Assembly: GCA_030295235.1 (NCBI GenBank)
Contig: AP026134.1
Coordinates: 558,001 to 622,000 of the forward strand
Direction: 5' to 3'
DNA: 64,000 nucleotides
Source of the DNA: Fistulifera solaris
Taxonomy: Eukaryota
Part shown: piece after piece, positions 58,528-64,000 of the stretch
Numbering within the stretch: position 1 is the first letter of the stretch
Layout of the letters: each line of letters begins with the position of its first letter
Position numbers and translations under genes: made by a program
The notes under the pieces: generated by a model
What the model saw: the letters and a program-made list of their open reading frames with translations, nothing else
What the model was told of the DNA's origin: nothing
Database searches by the model: none

Positions 58528-60337
58528 ATGATGTACACTCAGGAAAGCCATGGTGCCAATGGTAAGTCGTTAGCAGCTTTGATTGGGTGTAGCGAAGGTT
58601 CGTTGGTTGACTCACTTATCGGAAACCTTTTAGTCGGAAGAAATATGAAAGGAGATATCTTGCAGGGACGTGGACCTGAAGATGGTTTTTCGAGAGATGG
58701 ATCAAGAGAAGATTCGACTGGAATGAAAAGAAAGTACACCGACCGCGATCCAGAGTCTCCGGGGCACCTCGATGTGGATGTAGACACTCCGCTTGCGAAG
58801 AAGGAACGAAACTATTTTACCGATATGGATACCGATTCCCCTTCATCCTACCCTAAACATGTTCTTGTTCCATCCGAGCGATCCCTTGAGCCTAAGCATT
58901 ACATGCCGCACACAACACACTTGGGAGATGACCAACGTCTAGATCAGATTTCTTTTCCGACCAATGATGCCCCTCAGGGTGTTCAAGTGTTGACTCCAGA
59001 CAGTGTTGGACGTGGACGACCTTACGAACCCCAGCCATACCCCCCCTCGTCACTATCAGCAGTTTCATGATGTGTATCGAACCCCGTCTTACACTCCTGA
59101 CATGGATTATGGACGTTCCTATCCAGGACATCACGCTCAAGGACCCAGTGGTCATCCAGCTGCTGACGGATTTCCTCGTTCTCGTCGATGGGCGTGTGAT
59201 TACTGCAATGTTGCGACTTTTTTGAGCTATGAAGAGGCTTGCGCTCACGAAGACGTATGCAGTCGTCGTCACCACGACTCTTCCTATTATGCTGAGCCTT
59301 TCCGTCACCGGCCATCTCATCCTGCGTATGGCGGCCAGCCGGCGCCGCAGGGCAGCGGACTCGGCGCGCTCTACCACGCAAGCCAAGAAGTTGTCACCCC
59401 TCCTACTCCATACCATCAGCAACCCCCGAATCGATGGGGCGCTCATCACGCTCCTCCTCTTCCCGTGTTGCCCCATGAGCAAAACTACTACCGCCATGGC
59501 TACTATGACATGAGAGAAGAGCATCCTCACTACCCACCGAGCGACCCGTACTACCACGCTCACATGCAACCATCGTACCCGCACACCCAACCACCGCCTC
59601 AAGACTACTATCAGAAGCGGTTGCTACTGGCATTGCCTTCCGACAGAGACTCTCTTTCGGACCGACAATGCTTTGTTCGCTCAGAAATGGTTGAAATCTT
59701 CGCCGCTACGCAGAAAGATGTCTCCGCACGTCACTCAAAAGGTGCGCAGAAGCTTGTGTTGGGTCAAGTTGGCATTCGATGTGTTCACTGCAGTCACTTG
59801 CGTCCACGTGATCGTGCAGAGCGCTCGGTATGCTACCCCAAGTCCATCTGTCGCATCTACCAGACGGTGGCAGATATGCAGCGATTCCACTTTGAGAACT
59901 GCCGGGAGATCCCCGATCATGTCCGTCAACTCTACAAGAAGCTGAAGACTACACGTCCTCGTGGTGTCGGATCACCTCAGAGTTATTGGGTGTCAAGTGC
60001 CAAATCATTGGGCTTGGTTGACACCGGCGACGGTATTTGCTTTGAAGCTGACGCCGACAGTCAAGTCAAGAATGAAGAACAGCAACAGGAACAGCCGCAG
60101 CAGCCACAAGAGCTAGCCGAGCAACAACCGCAGGCATCTCATGGAGACGAGAAGTCAGACGAGCCGCAATCCAGTGAGCTTAACGAGCCACCGCGTGATA
60201 AAGTAGTAATCAAGGAACCAACGGAGGAACCCGCGGAGGAACTAGTTCAAAACGAAGCTGCTTCATGTCAACCCACTCAGCAAGAAGAGCAAGTACTCGA
60301 GCTCCAGTCTTCCGAGATGTCGCTTGGAGAGAACTGA
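58528..60337 (+). CDS. Diatom-type putative Zn-binding regulatory protein
   Basis: C2HC finger WACDYC...EEACAHEDVC, a Pro/His/Tyr-rich region, and the domain DRDSLSDRQCFVR...VGIRCVHC...YPKSI...RFHFENC. Frameshift in the C-run at ~59040-59046. Confidence 0.75.
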
Positions 60338-60606
60338 AAAAGAATTTGACGGCAAAGTTTTAACGGGGAAGAAAAAGAAGAATAAACATGGGTTACAAAG
60401 CATTATATGTTGTTTTACGTGCACGGTGCGCAATTTAAACTCTAAACTATCAACAAGGGAAACAGTTCAAGGAATTATCTGCTCTAGTATTCCACAACAA
60501 CTAGTTTCGTCACTTCTCGGATACATCCTATACTTGTTACTCCGAAAACGTTCAAGAAATACAACAAAAATTAACTTTTGGTCTCTACTACGCATTCTAC
60601 TTCTTA

Positions 60607-60696
60607 CAACCCACGCAAAACTTCTGCGTCGCTCTTGTAGGACCACGGGTTGATCAGTCCTTCAAAAGTTCATTCCGAAGTTACACTTGTGGGTTA
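60607..60696 (-). promoter_or_regulatory. SECIS element in the 3' UTR of the selenoprotein H gene
   Basis: Minus strand: AACTTC-GGA-ATGAA-CTTTTGAAGGAC-TGATCAACCCGTG-GTCCTACAAGAG-CGAC-GCA-GAAGTT. This gives helix I, an AUGA/GA core and a 12-13 bp helix II, plus an outer AACCCAC/GTGGGTT stem. Confidence 0.8.
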
Positions 60697-60736
60697 TACG
60701 ATGCATCATGACGACGAATTATTGAATTCGCTTACT

Positions 60737-61227
60737 TTAAAAATTGCAAGCTTTCGAGATATCTTGACAGACTTGATCCATGTCGAGTGCCTTGAGGGCC
60801 GGAAAGGGGCGTTTCAATGCCAACAACTCTACTACGGGATCGTCTTTACCACTTACTCGAACAACGAAATTGCCTTTACCAGGCTTCTCTTCGTTGATCT
60901 TGACGGATGCCTTTCCTTTGACTGCAAAAAAATACATGATGAGATCAACAACAACGTGAATGAAAAGAATATATAATCTACTTACAATACGCTTCAATTT
61001 TCAACGCCCTTGTTTTGAATGCATTTCATTGCTTGCAAGCTTCGATGGATATAATGACTTCTTTGCCTGCTGCAGTGAGTTTATCCTCCTTTTGCTTTCC
61101 GTCTTCTTGGGAGGCTGGACCGTAGTCTTGACTGGCTTGGCCTTGGTCTTCCCGGCCGAGATCGGTTCTTCTTTCTTTTCGATGCTTTCGCCTCAGCAGC
61201 TGGTGCGGCACTTCTCAATGTACGCAT
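60737..61227 (-). CDS. SELENOH: Selenoprotein H-like (Rdx family, CxxU) with in-frame UGA
   Basis: ISIEACKQ-UGA(61026-61028)-NAFKTRALKIEAY, intron 60922-60985, then FKGKASVKINEEKPGKGNFVVR...LLALKRPFPALKALDMD. The Lys-rich N-terminus from ATG 61227 needs two A-run corrections. Confidence 0.9.
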
Positions 61228-61395
61228 CTTTGTCGAATAAGAATACAACTAACAGAAAGAACAAGTTTAACGATAGAGAATGTGCTAAAAGAAAAGATGC
61301 GGAGCAATAAGATGCAGCGATGCAGCAAAGAAAAGTTGTAGTCAGCACAAAAAGTAACTACTTGTATAGTTGCGAAAGTAGTCTTAACGTTTCAC

Positions 61396-61633
61396 CACGA
61401 CTGCATTTCAGTCATGAACAATGAATATCGGATTTACTTTCCGTTCGTTCTGCTACTGTTTCAATTCAACATTGCTTTACTTTATTTACTATGATATTTC
61501 TTTGACAGCATTTGTATTGCACTCATCGAAGATTTATAGCGAAATAGGCTTGCAAATCAACCGGTTGCATATTTACTATGGGTCAGTATACTTTGTAAAC
61601 GACTTTTCACCAAGACTGCCTTTCAGTCATGAA
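61396..61633 (-). repeat. Third copy (reverse orientation) of the hairpin-bounded element
   Basis: Exact reverse complement of the 23-mer at 61396-61418 and a 2-mismatch copy at 61611-61633. Internal blocks align with 34262-34405. Confidence 0.8.
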
Positions 61634-61853
61634 ACCAGGAAGGCTATTACGCTTACGCCGCAGCCGCAGGCGAAAAATGACGCCCGGCCCAACATTCCAT
61701 CTCCGCCGCATAGTGAATAGTGAATAGTGAAGTGGATTTTTTCGACGATCATGCTTTTCACACACAACGCCAGCAACCTAACACGTTATCATTATTTCAT
61801 TTATCACTTTCATCATTGATCTTCCACTTTATATACCTCTACTCTAGTGGCCG

Positions 61854-62777
61854 ATGCACCTTATCGAAGAAGCTTTCGGCAAAGGCTGTTCACTTTACCA
61901 TGACGTTCTCAAATGCCCGAAAGATGCTTCCGCAGCGCAATTGCGGAAAGCGTATTACCGGGCCGCATTGCTCTATCACCCCGACAAGAATCCCGATGGT
62001 CATAAGCAGTTTCAAGCCATTTCCATGGCGTATCAAATTTTGAAAGATAAGGACATGAGAGATGCGTACGATGAATCGGGAGAAATTCCGGATACACCCG
62101 ACGACGATGATGACATGGGAACATCCCATAAACGCAATCCGTGGAAAGAATACTTCGATCGCATCTTTGGTAAGGTGACTACGTCCGATATTGACGCCTT
62201 TTCGGCTAAATACAAATGTAGTGATGAAGAGAAAAAGGATGTCTTGCAGCAATTCGTACAGCGAAAAGGAGATTTGATGCAAATGCTCGAATTTGTCATG
62301 TTGAGTACCGAAAAGGATGCCGTGCGGTGGGTGGAAGATTATCTCCGACCGGCCCTGGAAGCTAACGAAATTCCGAACGAATATCAGTCGACTATGAACA
62401 AGACACTGGAAAAAATCCAAAAGAAACTCAGTAAGCAGAAGGATTTCGAGGAACAAGCCGAAGAAGACAACGACAACGACGACGACGACGACGACGCCAC
62501 CGAGTCGGAAGAGGATTTGCCTCCCGTCCTGCGCAAACCCAAACGCACCGTCAAAAGGGGAAACCAACGCAAGCGAAAAGAAAAAGAACGACGATATGAC
62601 CGATTTGATTGCACAAATTCAAAACAAGCGGGGTGGTGCGAATAGCCTCCTCCAAAGTATAGCGTCACGCTACGGTGTCGACAATCACGATCCGCTGAAC
62701 GACGACGAATTTTCCAAACTTCAGGCTCGTGTCGAGTCGAAGCGAAAAAAGAAGTAATTATCGGAACTGCAGCATAG
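61854..62777 (+). CDS. DNAJC9: DnaJ subfamily C member 9-like; 3' end frameshifted
   Basis: J-domain with HPD, then WKEYFDRIFGKVT..DIDAF...YK.SDEEK.DV....KGD, an acidic/basic tail and DLIAQIQNK in a shifted frame. Confidence 0.82.
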
Positions 62778-62852
62778 CAATCGTATGAAGAATGCATTTA
62801 CTACAATTTAGAAAAGAATTTTTAGTAATTCATTGTTGAATAGCTTCAATCA

Positions 62853-64000
62853 CTAGACTCCCAGAACACGTGGGAAATACGAATGCAGTACGGCGGTTAT
62901 GGCTCCCAGGATCGAGCACGCAAAGCCGAATCCAACAAGGAACTTGCAAAAGTAGCGTTCCAATTTATCCTTCGTCTTTCTTGTCACATCCTTGGATGTA
63001 TGCTTCAAATAAAGCAAGGCCGGATACGTGTAAATAATGGCCGTCCCCGTCAAAGCCCCATTGAAACTAATGACAAATCCCGCATCTTTGACAAACAGCG
63101 CCATGCCCGTCAATATGGATAACAAAAGTGCCGTCACTTTCTTCGTTTCCCCTTCCCGACCCTTGCCCCACAATTGCAGAGCGGCGGAACGACACGCATC
63201 AAAGACAAAGGGAAAACCACCCACAACGGAAGTGACAATGAGTGACTTGGAGACTTTGGCGCCCCAGTCATGGGCGGGATAATTGTTCAGAATAATCCCT
63301 TGTGCATTCGCACCAAACGTCAAGAATCCAAACGCCATGGCCGCCATGCTGATGAGTGTGACCACAGTATACGAGAATCCCGTCATGAGATGGAACTGGT
63401 TCAAGACTGACTCGTCCTTGATCGCGGCTTGGTTACTTTTGCGTCCCGTCAAGGCATGATAGAATTCCGGTGCCGAGAAATGTGCCATGAGAGCGACACA
63501 ACTCATGGCAATCAAGAGAAGCGGTGCCGGTGAAGCCACTCGGTTGTAGGTATGAAACGAACCGGCGGTCGCATACGGACTGGTGGGTTGGAAAACGGGA
63601 CACCGCCAGGCCAAAAAGGCGGTCGTAAAGGCCGTTCCGGTGACTCCGACGAACGACAAGGGCGCCAAGGAAGCGAGCGATTGTAAATTACAAAGTGGCC
63701 AAAGAATACCTCCAGCCACGGCCAAAATGGAGGCCGAACGATTGGACCACCTCGTCCCGATCAAACTGGTAACAGAATCTCCAATGACCAAGATATACGC
63801 CAAGGCACAACCAAAGCAATAAATAAAGTTGGAAAACGGAATTAGAGTCGACTTTTTGTCCGCATAGACTGCTTGCCACAAATCCCCCCAAATTGTGGGC
63901 TTTCGGAAAATAAGCATGCGTCAATCGTCCGTACAACGCAAACGTGTAGGCCGAGAGAGCGGCAATGAGCGAAAAGAAGGTACATCCAGCCCACAAACTG
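62853..64000 (-). CDS. Amino-acid transporter (AAAP/SLC38-like), 5'-truncated by the window edge
   Basis: About 10 TM helices. WPLCNLQSLASLAPLSFVG, FGFLTFG...GIILNNY, NGALTG....YTYP. Confidence 0.88.

Overview
Gene-dense eukaryotic nuclear DNA, most likely a pennate diatom. This is inferred from short GT-AG introns, many signal-peptide + 'AF'-type plastid presequences and a diatom-type Cys/His protein family. About 32 protein-coding loci are supported, including PPIL2, a HAD phosphatase, LSM14, a carotenoid oxygenase, RPL23A, UDP-sugar pyrophosphorylase, a class-3 lipase, VPS33, an EXS protein, PRPF6, a very large MBD9/BAZ-like chromatin protein, an INTS2-like protein, ALG5, an FMO, two J-proteins and an amino-acid transporter. 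Many genes carry single-base indels, mostly in homopolymers, that look like consensus errors. Highlights: (1) one uninterrupted ORF fusing an Fpg/Nei glycosylase-lyase to a family-1 uracil-DNA glycosylase; (2) an unidentified ~330-nt structured RNA and box C/D-like snoRNA candidates in a ~650-nt intron-like segment just upstream of RPL23A; (3) two intergenic families of conserved short hairpins that share a TGAAAYRCA-like core and recur at 203-220 bp spacing; (4) a UGA-recoded selenoprotein H with a SECIS, which the ORF track splits; (5) two divergent plastid-targeted paralogues of an unrecognised family next to the carotenoid oxygenase. No rRNA, tRNA, CRISPR array or transposase was recognised. 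All calls are by eye; no searches were run.
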